Of a stretch of DNA of 64,000 nt, positions 8,774 to 19,776 are shown one piece after another. Source of the stretch: Alphaproteobacteria bacterium (GTDB taxonomy: Bacteria; Pseudomonadota; Alphaproteobacteria; CAAHEQ01; UBA3637). Positions within the stretch are counted from its first letter, which is position 1. Every line of letters starts with the position of its first letter. The notes beneath the pieces were generated by a model, which made no database searches, had not been told where the DNA came from, and was given only the letters and a program-made list of their open reading frames with translations. The position numbers and the translations under genes were made by a program. The stretch is taken from positions 6,956-70,955 of the forward strand of contig JAGCKR010000063.1 of the NCBI GenBank assembly GCA_017647405.1, written 5' to 3'.

Positions 8774-10642
8774 TTAAAAACCACCGCCTCCCCCGCCACC
8801 GGAACCACCACCAGAACCACCACCAGAACCACCGCCGGATCCTCCCGATGAAGAACTAGGTGGAGTTGATGCACTATGCAAACAGGAGCTAACACTTGAA
8901 AAAACAGCAGCATCTGAAAAAACATTGTCATTCGGCGGTATAAAATTAAAGTATGTTTCCATTTTTTCATACCACTGATTTTGTAACCCAAGCAAAATGG
9001 CATAAGGCAGCAACTTTTCCATTTCAGCTTGCTCTGGTGTTTGATGTTTTAAATCATCCACTCCATTTAGAAACATTTCTATTCCTTCTAAATGTTCTAT
9101 CAAACCTAAACCTTTATCATAAACGCGAACAATAATGTATTTATAAAAAGCAACAATACAAGAAAATAAAAAGACAAAACACCATACTTTATAATCTGCC
9201 ATACTTGTTATAAGCTCATCAACCTCTTTTAATAATAAATCTGAAAGCTCATATATAGCATGTAAAAACAAGAAACTAAAACAAGCTAAAAAAACCGTCA
9301 ATATGATCACACCAACTGCAATTATAAGCCAATTTTTACCTCTTGTAAAAACACTTAAAACAACATTTGAAAACCCAAGCGTTACACCACCCAAGATAAG
9401 AGAAACAAATAAAAACGAAAAATCTTTAAAGTATAACATAAAAAAACAAAAGCAAAAAACAAACATCAAAAATTTAAATATCAAAAGACATTTTGTATTG
9501 TATTTAAACAATACAGATGTCTGTTTTTCAGAATATTGTTTATACTCTTCAACATACTTTACAAACGAAGAACTATATACCCCCTTTTTAAGCGAATACT
9601 TGTTTTTTGCCCTTTCGATAAAAAACTTTTCATCTGAATTACTGGGTTTTATCTTCATATTTTTTTCAAGGGTTATTCCTTTTTTATCGGTTTTTATTTT
9701 TAACAACCCTTTTTGCGAAAGAGCTGCTAAATGCGGCATGATTAAATCACAAGAATCAATACCTAAACATTGACAATTCTTAAGCAAAAATAAAGCGCCC
9801 AATTTATTAAATTTAGGGATATCAAATCGCGGATAAACCGGCCTTCTTATACCGTCTTCTCCATGTTTTTTCCATGAAAAATAAGCATAATATGCTAACC
9901 AATAGAACACAAAAAGTATAACTATTATAAATAAAATATTTACATACTTATTAAAAGGAAAACCTGGCTCTTGTATTTTAAAAAAACCAGAATTAAAAAC
10001 TGTTCTTAACGTCAAGGCTTCGTGTTTTTTTAATCCATTTGGTAAATGAATTAAAATTTGATTATCTTGTTTTAAAAAGGAAGTGTCTTGATTTTTTGAG
10101 CCATATTTCCCGAAAAATACTTTTGGTTCTTCTGCCAATGTAACACCAGAGGGCAAGCGAACAATGGCTATAACGTCCAAAATATCAAAAGCCCATTCTG
10201 TTCCAATCAAATTATAATAAAACTCATCTTTTGTTTTTTCTTTATTTCGCCTTACAATATTTTGATATTTATATGTTATTTTATATTCATAAACCCCCGG
10301 ATAAATATATCGTTTCATATCCCCCAAATAAACACGTTTTTGATTATCTCCCCTTCCGGTGCTATAAGGAATAGCTTGCCCATTTCTTGTCACAGATAAA
10401 ATTGAAACGGGCGTTTTTTCTCCCTCATAACGTGTTGGCAAATCCCTATAAATACCTCTTTTAATATCCTTACCTTGCGCTCTTACTTTAATTGTTTCAT
10501 TCACAAGTAAAGACGAATCTTGATTTAATTCGGCATAAATATGATAAGATAAAATTTCTTCTTTTTGCACCTCAGCTTTTGCTGTTGAAAAACAAAAGAA
10601 ACTTAATATAAAAACAAAAAGAAAGATCGCTTTTTTAATCAT
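8774..10642 (-). CDS. DUF2207-family membrane protein with Gly/Ser-rich C-terminal tail
   Basis: The protein is 622 aa with a signal peptide (MIKKAIFLFVFILSFFCFSTAKA) and an N-terminal extracytoplasmic domain. It has several TM helices and ends in PPSSSSGGSGGGSGGGSGGGSGGGGGGGF. It is translationally coupled to lemA by a 1-nt overlap. Confidence 0.75.
   Translation of the reverse strand: MIKKAIFLFVFILSFFCFSTAKAEVQKEEILSYHIYAELNQDSSLLVNETIKVRAQGKDIKRGIYRDLPTRYEGEKTPVSILSVTRNGQAIPYSTGRGDNQKRVYLGDMKRYIYPGVYEYKITYKYQNIVRRNKEKTKDEFYYNLIGTEWAFDILDVIAIVRLPSGVTLAEEPKVFFGKYGSKNQDTSFLKQDNQILIHLPNGLKKHEALTLRTVFNSGFFKIQEPGFPFNKYVNILFIIVILFVFYWLAYYAYFSWKKHGEDGIRRPVYPRFDIPKFNKLGALFLLKNCQCLGIDSCDLIMPHLAALSQKGLLKIKTDKKGITLEKNMKIKPSNSDEKFFIERAKNKYSLKKGVYSSSFVKYVEEYKQYSEKQTSVLFKYNTKCLLIFKFLMFVFCFCFFMLYFKDFSFLFVSLILGGVTLGFSNVVLSVFTRGKNWLIIAVGVIILTVFLACFSFLFLHAIYELSDLLLKEVDELITSMADYKVWCFVFLFSCIVAFYKYIIVRVYDKGLGLIEHLEGIEMFLNGVDDLKHQTPEQAEMEKLLPYAILLGLQNQWYEKMETYFNFIPPNDNVFSDAAVFSSVSSCLHSASTPPSSSSGGSGGGSGGGSGGGSGGGGGGGF
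8801..8836 (-). repeat. Three tandem 12-nt repeats encoding the (GGGS)n tail of the DUF2207 protein
   Basis: The plus strand reads ggaaccaccacc / agaaccaccacc / agaaccaccgcc. This forms a GC-rich islet in an AT-rich genome. Confidence 0.8.
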
Positions 10643-11184
10643 TATAAAAAATCCTTCACATTCGGAACTAATTTTTCATGTTCACCATCTAACTGAAAAA
10701 AAGGCTTATCAGTAAGCGCAAATAATTTTTTTAGCAAACAAACGGGAAATAAATTAATAAAAGAGTTAAATTTTCTAACAACCCCATTATAATAACGCCG
10801 AGCATATTGCAAATCATCTTCAATCAACGATAATTCTTTTTGTATTTTTAAAAATGCCACATCTGCTTTTAAGTTTGGATGGCTTTCTTTTAATCCCAAA
10901 ATAGTGCATAAGCCATGTTCAAACTGATTTTCAAAACTCTCTTTTTCTTTTAATGTTTTTTGATTCATTGTTTGTGTTCTAAGACGCGCCACTTCTTCAA
11001 ATGTTTTTGCTTCATGATCACAATATGTTGAAACCGTTTTCACAAGATTAGGCACCAAATCATACCGGCGTTTCAATTGCACATCAACTCCACTTTCGGC
11101 TTCAAGAATCAAATTTTTAAGATGAATAGATTTATTATAGATAAAAATTAATCCAAGTATAAAAGCCAAAATCAAAATAATCAT
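10642..11184 (-). CDS. lemA: LemA family protein
   Basis: The protein is 180 aa with an N-terminal TM anchor. It carries LKRRYDLVPNLV and RRYYNGVVRKFN, which are typical of LemA. Confidence 0.85.
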   Translation of the reverse strand: MIILILAFILGLIFIYNKSIHLKNLILEAESGVDVQLKRRYDLVPNLVKTVSTYCDHEAKTFEEVARLRTQTMNQKTLKEKESFENQFEHGLCTILGLKESHPNLKADVAFLKIQKELSLIEDDLQYARRYYNGVVRKFNSFINLFPVCLLKKLFALTDKPFFQLDGEHEKLVPNVKDFL

Positions 11185-11275
11185 ATCAAATCTCCCTACT
11201 CATTTTTTTATAAAACAAAAAATATCTGAATACAAGAATAATCACCCAATGATAAAAAAATAAAAAAACAAACCC

Positions 11276-11303
11276 TTGACAAGAAGATTTTATTTACTAT
11301 ACT
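11276..11303 (+). promoter_or_regulatory. Candidate sigma70-type promoter for lepA
   Basis: TTGACA (11276-11281), a 16-nt spacer, then TATACT (11298-11303). AT-rich DNA produces such matches by chance. Confidence 0.35.
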
Positions 11304-11466
11304 GAAGAAGAAAGTTCGAGTTATAATGAACACGAATTTTTGTTACTTTTACCCTAAAACGTTTATCATTTTTTGATAGGCGTTTTTTTCTTTTTCAACT
11401 TCTTTGAAAAGCTTGATTTTTTGATTTTTTTTTGATATGATATGCCAAAATTAAAAGGAAAGAAAA

Positions 11467-13269
11467 ATGACAGACTTATCACATATCAGAAACTTTTCAA
11501 TCGTGGCTCATATTGACCATGGCAAATCAACATTAGCTGACCGCCTCATCCAAAAATGTGGTGCAGTGACTGATCGCGAAATGAAAGAACAGCTTTTAGA
11601 TAATATGGATATTGAACGCGAGCGCGGTATCACGATTAAGGCTCAAACCGTTCGCTTAAACTATAAAGCTAAAGATGGCAAAGATTATATTTTAAATCTG
11701 ATTGACACGCCGGGACATGTTGACTTTGGATATGAAGTTAGCCGATCATTGGCCGCTTGTGAGGGCTCTTTATTGGTTGTTGATGCTTCACAAGGTGTGG
11801 AAGCACAAACGCTTGCCAACGTTTATAAAGCGCTTGATGCTAATCATGAAATTGTTCCTGTGATTAACAAAATTGATTTACCGGCAGCGGAACCAGATAG
11901 GGTTAAAGCTCAAATTGAAGATGTAATCGGTATTGATGCCTCTGAAGCTCCGTTGATTTCAGCCAAAACAGGCATTGGCATTGATGAAGTTTTAGAAACA
12001 ATTGTAACAAAATTACCAGCGCCTACCGGGAATGAAGAATCCTCTCTCAAAGCAATGCTTGTTGATTCTTGGTATGATTCATATCTTGGCATTATTGTTT
12101 TGGTTCGTGTAATTGACGGAACTCTTAAAAAGGGCATGAATATCAAAATGATGGCAACAAATGCTTCCTATAAAGTGGAACGTTTAGGCCATTTTACCCC
12201 TAAAATGCAAGACACAACCGAACTTAAAACGGGCGAACTTGGTTTCATTATTTGCGGAATCAAATCCATTGGAGAAACACGCGTAGGGGATACAATTACA
12301 GATGAAAAAAATCCAACAGCAGAAGCTCTCCCCGGTTTTAAACCAAGCTTAAGTGTTGTTTTTTGCTCTCTTTTCCCTGTGGATATGAGTGATTATGAAA
12401 ACTTAAAAGAATCACTTGGAAAATTGCAATTAAATGATGCCTCTTTCCAATTTACACCAGATAAATCTCAAGCATTAGGTCAAGGTTTTAGATGTGGATT
12501 TTTAGGCCTTTTGCATATGGAAATTATTCAAGAACGGTTAAGTCGGGAATTCAATCTTGATTTGATTACAACAGCTCCATCCGTTGCCTATAATGTTCAT
12601 TTAACAAACGGAACAATGCACACAATGCACAATCCAGCAGATATGCCAGACCCCTCTTCTATTGCTTTTATTGAAGAACCTTGGGTTAAGGCCAGCATTT
12701 TAACACCTGATGAATATCTGGGCAGTATTTTGCAACTTTGCACGGAACGACGCGGTGTTCAAAAAGATTTAACTTATGTTGGTAACCGCGCAATGGTTGT
12801 TTATCATTTACCACTCAATGAAATTGTTTTTGATTTTTATGATCGACTTAAATCTATTTCCAGAGGGTACGCCAGCTTTGATTATGAAATTGCAGATTAT
12901 GAAAAAAGCGATTTGGTACGTGTAAATATCATGGTTCATGGCGAACAGGTTGATGCTCTTGCCTTTTTGGCGCATCGCTCACAAGCAGAACGACGCGGAC
13001 GCCAAATCTGTGAACGGTTAAAGACACTGATCCCCAGACATCAATTCAAAATTCCAATTCAAGCCAGTATCGGTGGAAAAATTATCGCCCGTGAAGATAT
13101 TTCAGCATACCGAAAAGACGTGACGGCCAAATGTTATGGTGGGGATATTACAAGAAAACGCAAACTTCTTGAAAAACAAAAAGAAGGTAAGAAAAGAATG
13201 CGTCAATTCGGTAATGTTGAAATTCCACAAACCGCCTTTATTAACGCCCTTAAAATCGGCGATGAATAA
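11467..13269 (+). CDS. lepA: Translation elongation factor 4 (LepA)
   Basis: The protein is 600 aa. It carries [29 protein letters not shown] and NKIDL, plus the LepA-specific C-terminal domain. Confidence 0.97.
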   Translation: MTDLSHIRNFSIVAHIDHGKSTLADRLIQKCGAVTDREMKEQLLDNMDIERERGITIKAQTVRLNYKAKDGKDYILNLIDTPGHVDFGYEVSRSLAACEGSLLVVDASQGVEAQTLANVYKALDANHEIVPVINKIDLPAAEPDRVKAQIEDVIGIDASEAPLISAKTGIGIDEVLETIVTKLPAPTGNEESSLKAMLVDSWYDSYLGIIVLVRVIDGTLKKGMNIKMMATNASYKVERLGHFTPKMQDTTELKTGELGFIICGIKSIGETRVGDTITDEKNPTAEALPGFKPSLSVVFCSLFPVDMSDYENLKESLGKLQLNDASFQFTPDKSQALGQGFRCGFLGLLHMEIIQERLSREFNLDLITTAPSVAYNVHLTNGTMHTMHNPADMPDPSSIAFIEEPWVKASILTPDEYLGSILQLCTERRGVQKDLTYVGNRAMVVYHLPLNEIVFDFYDRLKSISRGYASFDYEIADYEKSDLVRVNIMVHGEQVDALAFLAHRSQAERRGRQICERLKTLIPRHQFKIPIQASIGGKIIAREDISAYRKDVTAKCYGGDITRKRKLLEKQKEGKKRMRQFGNVEIPQTAFINALKIGDE

Positions 13270-13312
13270 ATTTTCTTAAATTCATTAAAAAATTAAGTAT
13301 TTGTTTAAAAAA

Positions 13313-13344
13313 TAAGCGCGCAACCCTTGACTTTTGCGCGCTTA
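13313..13344. promoter_or_regulatory. Perfect 11-bp GC-rich inverted repeat spanning the groESL -35 element
   Basis: TAAGCGCGCAA (13313-13323), a 10-nt spacer (cccttgactt), then TTGCGCGCTTA (13334-13344). The spacer contains the CTTGAC -35 hexamer. No T-run follows on the plus strand. Confidence 0.5.
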
Positions 13345-13356
13345 CATACTATTTAA
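13326..13356 (+). promoter_or_regulatory. Candidate heat-shock/housekeeping promoter of groESL
   Basis: CTTGAC (13326-13331), a 17-nt spacer, then CTATTTAA. It can also be read as TTGACT-N17-TATTTA. The pattern CTTGA(C/T)-N17-CTA is shared with the grpE upstream region. Confidence 0.4.
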
Positions 13357-13392
13357 TATACACCATTATTAAACAGAAAGGAAGTAAATAAA

Positions 13393-13680
13393 ATGAACTT
13401 TAAACCATTACTTGATCGCGTTGTTATCAAACGCACGCAAGAAGAAAACAGAACTGCCGGCGGTATTATCATTCCGGATACGGCAAAAGAAAAACCGTCA
13501 CAAGGTGTTGTTGTTTCTGTTGGCCCTGGTGGTCGCGATGAAAGAGGCACTCTCATTGAAATGACGCTTAAAGCCGGTGATAAAGTTTTATTTAGCAAAT
13601 GGTCAGGAACAGAAGTCAAAATCAATGGGGAAGACTTGTTGATTATGAAAGAATCAGATGTTCTTGGTATTTTAGAATAA
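13393..13680 (+). CDS. groES: Co-chaperonin GroES
   Basis: The protein is 95 aa. It carries [14 protein letters not shown] and [13 protein letters not shown] (the mobile loop). Confidence 0.97.
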   Translation: MNFKPLLDRVVIKRTQEENRTAGGIIIPDTAKEKPSQGVVVSVGPGGRDERGTLIEMTLKAGDKVLFSKWSGTEVKINGEDLLIMKESDVLGILE

Positions 13681-13685
13681 GTTAA

Positions 13686-15347
<1,662 letters not shown>

Positions 15348-15370
15348 TTCCAAACACCATTTAAAACTAA

Positions 15371-15403
15371 AAAAATCTCGCTTTATTCAGGCGGGATTTT
15401 TTT
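15371..15403 (+). terminator. Rho-independent terminator after groEL
   Basis: The stem is ATCTCGC / GCGGGAT (7 bp including one G-U), with a 9-nt loop followed by TTTTTT. Confidence 0.7.
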
Positions 15404-15522
15404 ATGCCCTCTTTCTTTTCAATATCTTTAACAATGACCTTTATTACCTAAATTAATTCATCTAAATCCATTTCAGTTTCAAAAGCATTTCCAAAGATAG
15501 ACCTTAAAGAAATATTTCCTCT

Positions 15523-15577
15523 CCTTATAAAAAAAACCGCCTTACGGCGGTTCTTTAATGGCGGAGAATACAGGACT
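15523..15577 (-). repeat. Duplicate of the tRNA-Ser 3' end (19 nt) plus its downstream hairpin
   Basis: ccttataaaaaaaaccgccttacggcggttctttaatggcggagaatacaggact matches 15734-15787 with one mismatch and one 1-nt indel. The second copy belongs to the intact tRNA-Ser and its flank, about 210 bp away. Confidence 0.85.
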
Positions 15578-15768
15578 ACGCAATCATCGATTGCTCTTTC
15601 TCAATTCCACCTATATTTCTGCTTCGGCAAATATAAATTTTCCTTGCCTCAATAAGGTTCATTGGCGTGCTCATAAAAAATGTTATTTAAACATTTTTTA
15701 CTCCGCGCCCTCTCGGTTCGAGTACCTTTCTCGCCTTATAAAAAAACCGCCTTACGGCGGTTCTTTAA

Positions 15769-15855
15769 TGGCGGAGAGTACAGGACTCGAACCTGTGCAT
15801 CATTTTCATGATGACGGATTAGCAATCCGCTGCATTACCACTCTGCCAACTCTCC
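15769..15855 (-). tRNA. tRNA-Ser (anticodon GCU), class II with long variable arm
   Basis: The reverse complement reads GGAGAGTTGGCAGAGTGGTAATGCAGCGGATTGCTAATCCGTCATCATGAAAATGATGCACAGGTTCGAGTCCTGTACTCTCCGCCA. The anticodon loop is TTGCTAA, the T-loop is GGTTCGAGTCC, and CCA is encoded. Confidence 0.95.
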
Positions 15856-15925
15856 AAAGTGATAAGTTATCCTATCAACTTTTAAACTAATTGTCAACAA
15901 AATTTTATCTAAAGCAAAAAAATCT

Positions 15926-16387
15926 TTAATCTTTATGATAAGGATGACCATCTAAAATCGTTTTTGCCCGATAAATTTGTTCAGCTAAAACAACTCTAGC
16001 CAACATATGGGGCAATGTCATTCGCCCAAAAGAAAGCTTATAATCTGCTTTTTCTTTTAAAATATCCGCATGACCATTTGCCCCACCAATTAAAAAAGAA
16101 ATACTCTGTGTACCCTCATCTATCCATTTCCCCAACAGAAGAGCAAATTCCCTAGATGACGGCGTTTTTCCCTTTTCATCAAGAGCAATAATTTTTCCAC
16201 CCGCAGGAACACTGGAAAGCAACAAATTCGATTCGGCTTCCTTTAACTGATCAACCGGCAATGCTCTTTTTTCTTCAAACTCTTTAATTGAAACAGACCA
16301 TTTTGTTTTCTTTAAATAATCTTGAATCAATTCATCTTCCGGCGTATTTTTCTTAAGCTTTCCAATCGCTGAAATAATTATTTGCAT
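15926..16387 (-). CDS. rlmH: 23S rRNA (pseudouridine1915-N3)-methyltransferase RlmH
   Basis: The protein is SPOUT-family and about 153 aa. It carries IALDEKGK, FLIGGANG, and an LSFGRMTLPHMLARVVLAEQIYRA tail. The start was taken at MQIIISAIGKLKK. Confidence 0.9.
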   Translation of the reverse strand: MQIIISAIGKLKKNTPEDELIQDYLKKTKWSVSIKEFEEKRALPVDQLKEAESNLLLSSVPAGGKIIALDEKGKTPSSREFALLLGKWIDEGTQSISFLIGGANGHADILKEKADYKLSFGRMTLPHMLARVVLAEQIYRAKTILDGHPYHKD

Positions 16388-16803
16388 GAACACGTCCGTT
16401 TCTTATATTTATTCGGAATTAAATCCCAAATAGAAACAACTTCAAATCCATCTTTATTATCCGCAGGCACAATCACTTCTGCATCAGGACCATAATCTGC
16501 AATATATTCTCGACACTTTCCACAAGGAGAAATCACATAGCCCTCTTCATCGCGCACAGCAACAATCATTTTTACCTTCATATCTTTTTCGGCTGTTGCT
16601 GCATGTCCAATCGTGATAATTTCCGCACAAGTGGCAATAGAAGGTTGCGTTGTTCCCAAGTGTAGCGCTGTATAAATATTTCCACTTTCTGTAACCAAGG
16701 CTGCGGCCACAACAAAATGATGACCATCTTTTTGATAACGTTTTTTTAACAAATCCTGTGCCGCTTTAATAAGTTTTTTAGGGGTTACTTTTCTTTTAAG
16801 CAT
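16378..16803 (-). CDS. cdd: Cytidine/deoxycytidine deaminase-fold protein (small tetrameric Cdd / blasticidin-S deaminase type)
   Basis: The protein is 141 aa. Zinc ligands are present in TCAEIITIG and SPCGKCREYI. Confidence 0.75.
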   Translation of the reverse strand: MLKRKVTPKKLIKAAQDLLKKRYQKDGHHFVVAAALVTESGNIYTALHLGTTQPSIATCAEIITIGHAATAEKDMKVKMIVAVRDEEGYVISPCGKCREYIADYGPDAEVIVPADNKDGFEVVSIWDLIPNKYKKRTCSCK

Positions 16804-16805
16804 GA

Positions 16806-17585
16806 TTATTCTCCCGCAATAGCTTCAACCATAATATCCAAAGAATCACGTTCAGTTTGTTTATAATCAACAACCTCCGATTTTACTGGTTCAACCGCTT
16901 TTTTAACCTCATCGATAACCTCTTTTTTCACTTCTTGTTTCACAGCTTCTGCTTTTTTATTCACATCTTTTTTCACTTCTTTAATTAAAGAATCCAATGC
17001 TTTTTTATCCGTATTTTTCGGTCTTGGCTGATTCTTTAATTGCGTACCGATTTTCGGTTGATCTTTTTCTGCTGATGTATCTTTTTTCACTTTTAAATCT
17101 TTTAATACACTTTCCGGAACAAAATATTCAAGCATACCAACTGTCTTTTTAATATAGGTGACCGATCCATTTTCTTTTTCAATATCTGCCATTTGTTTTT
17201 CAGATAAAATCATTGAAACTCCGATATACAAAAGTGAAAGCAAAAGAGCGGCTCTTATTCCACCAAACACAATTCCCAAAATCCGATCTAAACCACTTAA
17301 AGAACTATTGCGCAAACGTTTGGTGATTTGCGAATTAACAATGGTCATAACAATTAAAATTGAAAGCGCAACAACAGCTGACCCAACCACACCGGCAACA
17401 ATTTCATTATCAAAAACACCGCTAAGCAATCCTTTCATTGGAACAAATCCATATAAAGCCCCTATACCAGCCAAAATCCATGAGGAAATGCATAATAATT
17501 CACACACAAGCCCTCGATAGAGTGCAAATAAAATAGATAAAACCAATGTGATAATCACGATGATGTCAATAATTCCAATAACCAT
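16806..17585 (-). CDS. cvpA: CvpA family membrane protein with Lys/Glu-rich C-terminal extension
   Basis: The N-terminus MVIGIIDIIVIITLVLSILFALYRGLV and the four TM helices are typical of CvpA. The C-terminal ~90 aa is low-complexity and K/E/V-rich. Confidence 0.8.
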   Translation of the reverse strand: MVIGIIDIIVIITLVLSILFALYRGLVCELLCISSWILAGIGALYGFVPMKGLLSGVFDNEIVAGVVGSAVVALSILIVMTIVNSQITKRLRNSSLSGLDRILGIVFGGIRAALLLSLLYIGVSMILSEKQMADIEKENGSVTYIKKTVGMLEYFVPESVLKDLKVKKDTSAEKDQPKIGTQLKNQPRPKNTDKKALDSLIKEVKKDVNKKAEAVKQEVKKEVIDEVKKAVEPVKSEVVDYKQTERDSLDIMVEAIAGE

Positions 17586-17594
17586 TTTTCTCTC

Positions 17595-18977
17595 CTATCC
17601 TTGAAACGAATCAATCAATGTTTTTAAATGACCAATTTCGGTTATTCTTAAATCCGGTGATTTTTTTACTTTTTTTCTTTCGGGTGGCACCAAAGCTTTT
17701 TCAAATCCAAGTTTGGAAGCCTCTTTTAATCTTAAATCTGGCTGAGGTACGTTTCTGATTTCGCCAGATAAACCAATCTCTCCAAAAATAACCATATCAG
17801 CCGGCATCGGCTTTTGAACCAATGCAGATACAACCGCACTGGCAACAGCTAAATCACAGGCTGGTTCTGTTATCTTTAAACCGCCGGCAACATTTAAAAA
17901 CACATCTTTTCCGGCTAATGTTACCCCACATCTAGCTTCTAGCACCGCTAAAATCATTGATAAGCGATTGCTATCCCAACCAACCACAGCTCTTCTCGGA
18001 GCAGATCCTGCCTGAGGCGCAACCAACGCCTGAATTTCAACCAACAAAGGGCGCGATCCTTCAATCCCTGCAAAAACACAACTACCGGCAATATTTCCAC
18101 GCCGTTCAGCTAAAAACAAAGCCGACGGATTTGGCACTTCGGAAAGACCGGATTCTCGCATTTCAAAAACACCAATTTCATCCGTTGCCCCAAAACGGTT
18201 TTTAACCGACCGTAAAATGCGGAAATGATGCCCTCTATCCCCTTCAAAATAAAGAACTGTATCTACCATATGTTCCAAAACTCTTGGACCGGCAAGTGTT
18301 CCTTCTTTTGTTACATGCCCAACCAAAAAAAGAACAAAATTTCTTCTTTTTGCTAACCTTATCAATTCATGACCAGCAGCCCTGACCTGTCCAACTGTTC
18401 CCGGAGCTGAATCTAATGTATCCGTATACATCGTTTGAATCGAGTCAATCACAACAACATCCGGCGCCTCATCAACATCTAATGAGGCAACAATATCTCT
18501 GACACTAATACTGCTTGCCAAATCAACTGGGGCTTTTGAAAGTCCCAATCGCATAGCTCTTAAACGCACTTGATCCGTTGATTCTTCACCCGAAATATAC
18601 ACACACTTAATCGGCGCCCCCTCTTTATTCACGCCACCGGATAAATTCGCAACTGTTTGCAACAATAATGTTGATTTCCCAATTCCGGGATCACCACCAA
18701 CCAAAATAACCGAACCGGGGACCAAACCAGAACCACAAACCCGATCTAATTCTTGAATGTTTGACTTAAGACGAAAAACAATTTCAGGGGCACCACTTAA
18801 ATCTGAAAATTCAATTTTTTTTCCTCCCACACCACCGGTTGAAGTTTTGATTTCTTTTTGCGGTAACGCTTCTTCCGAAATCGTGTTCCATTCCCCACAA
18901 GCTTCGCATTTTCCCGTCCATCTCGGATAAACCGTTCCACAATTTTGACAAACAAATTGCGATGTTTTTTTTGCCAT
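17595..18977 (-). CDS. radA: DNA repair protein RadA/Sms
   Basis: The protein is 460 aa. It has the zinc finger CQNCGTVYPRWTGKCEACGEWNT, the Walker A motif GDPGIGKSTLLLQ, KNRFG, and a Lon-like C-terminal domain. Confidence 0.97.
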   Translation of the reverse strand: MAKKTSQFVCQNCGTVYPRWTGKCEACGEWNTISEEALPQKEIKTSTGGVGGKKIEFSDLSGAPEIVFRLKSNIQELDRVCGSGLVPGSVILVGGDPGIGKSTLLLQTVANLSGGVNKEGAPIKCVYISGEESTDQVRLRAMRLGLSKAPVDLASSISVRDIVASLDVDEAPDVVVIDSIQTMYTDTLDSAPGTVGQVRAAGHELIRLAKRRNFVLFLVGHVTKEGTLAGPRVLEHMVDTVLYFEGDRGHHFRILRSVKNRFGATDEIGVFEMRESGLSEVPNPSALFLAERRGNIAGSCVFAGIEGSRPLLVEIQALVAPQAGSAPRRAVVGWDSNRLSMILAVLEARCGVTLAGKDVFLNVAGGLKITEPACDLAVASAVVSALVQKPMPADMVIFGEIGLSGEIRNVPQPDLRLKEASKLGFEKALVPPERKKVKKSPDLRITEIGHLKTLIDSFQG

Positions 18978-19765
18978 TATTCAGCCTCTTTCCCCTCAAC
19001 AAAAATTGGTCCTTTTGAACTACCGGCCACAAATTGGCGTACATATGGATTTTTTGTTTTATCTAATTCTTTAACCGTACCAATCCAAATAATTTCACCC
19101 TCATACAGCATGGCAATCCGATCGGCAATTTTTCTGGCTGAAGCCATATCATGTGTGATTGTTAAAGCGGTTGCTCCCAACGTTTTCACACAAGACCGAA
19201 TTAAATCATTAATCACATCAGACATAATCGGATCAAGACCTGTTGTCGGCTCATCAAAAAAGATAATATTTGGATTATTAGCAATAGCTCTTGCAAGACC
19301 AACCCTCTTTTTCATACCACCAGACAAATCTGCCGGATAAACATCAGCAACTTGGTTGGGTAATCCAACCTGAGCCAATTTTTTAATTGCTAATTTTTTA
19401 GCCTTTTCCGCATCTGTTTTTTTATTTTGCAAAAGTTGAAACGATATATTTTCCCAAACATTTAAACTATCAAAAAGAGCACCACTTTGAAAAAGCATTC
19501 CAATTTGTGAACGCGTTTTTTCCTGTTCTTTTCTTGATAATTTATCAAGTCTTTTGCCATCAATTTCAACATATCCTTTATCCGGATTTAATAGACCTAA
19601 AATGCATTTTAAAGTCACTGATTTCCCTGTGCCGGAACCACCAATAATTACCAATGATTCGCCTTTTTTGATTTCCAAATCAACACCGGACAAAACCTTT
19701 TTATTTCCAAAAGATTTATGAACATTTACCAATCTTAATTTAATTTGTTCCTTTGTTTCAGCCAT
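18977..19765 (-). CDS. mlaF: ABC transporter ATP-binding protein MlaF (phospholipid transport)
   Basis: The protein is 262 aa. It carries the Walker A motif GGSGTGKS, the signature LSGGMKKRVGLARA, and FFDEPTTGLDP. It lies adjacent to the MlaE permease gene. Confidence 0.85.
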   Translation of the reverse strand: MAETKEQIKLRLVNVHKSFGNKKVLSGVDLEIKKGESLVIIGGSGTGKSVTLKCILGLLNPDKGYVEIDGKRLDKLSRKEQEKTRSQIGMLFQSGALFDSLNVWENISFQLLQNKKTDAEKAKKLAIKKLAQVGLPNQVADVYPADLSGGMKKRVGLARAIANNPNIIFFDEPTTGLDPIMSDVINDLIRSCVKTLGATALTITHDMASARKIADRIAMLYEGEIIWIGTVKELDKTKNPYVRQFVAGSSKGPIFVEGKEAE

Positions 19766-19776
19766 CTTTTTTATCC

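Noticed and set aside
8689-9003. A 104-aa minus-strand ORF containing VVLVVVLVVV repeats.
   Set aside because: It is the out-of-frame reading of the (GGGS)n-encoding repeat at the 3' end of the DUF2207 gene, so it is a shadow ORF.
15558-15890. A 110-aa plus-strand ORF.
   Set aside because: It runs antisense through tRNA-Ser and the duplicated tRNA fragment and hairpins, and its sequence is repeat-derived. It is not a credible gene.
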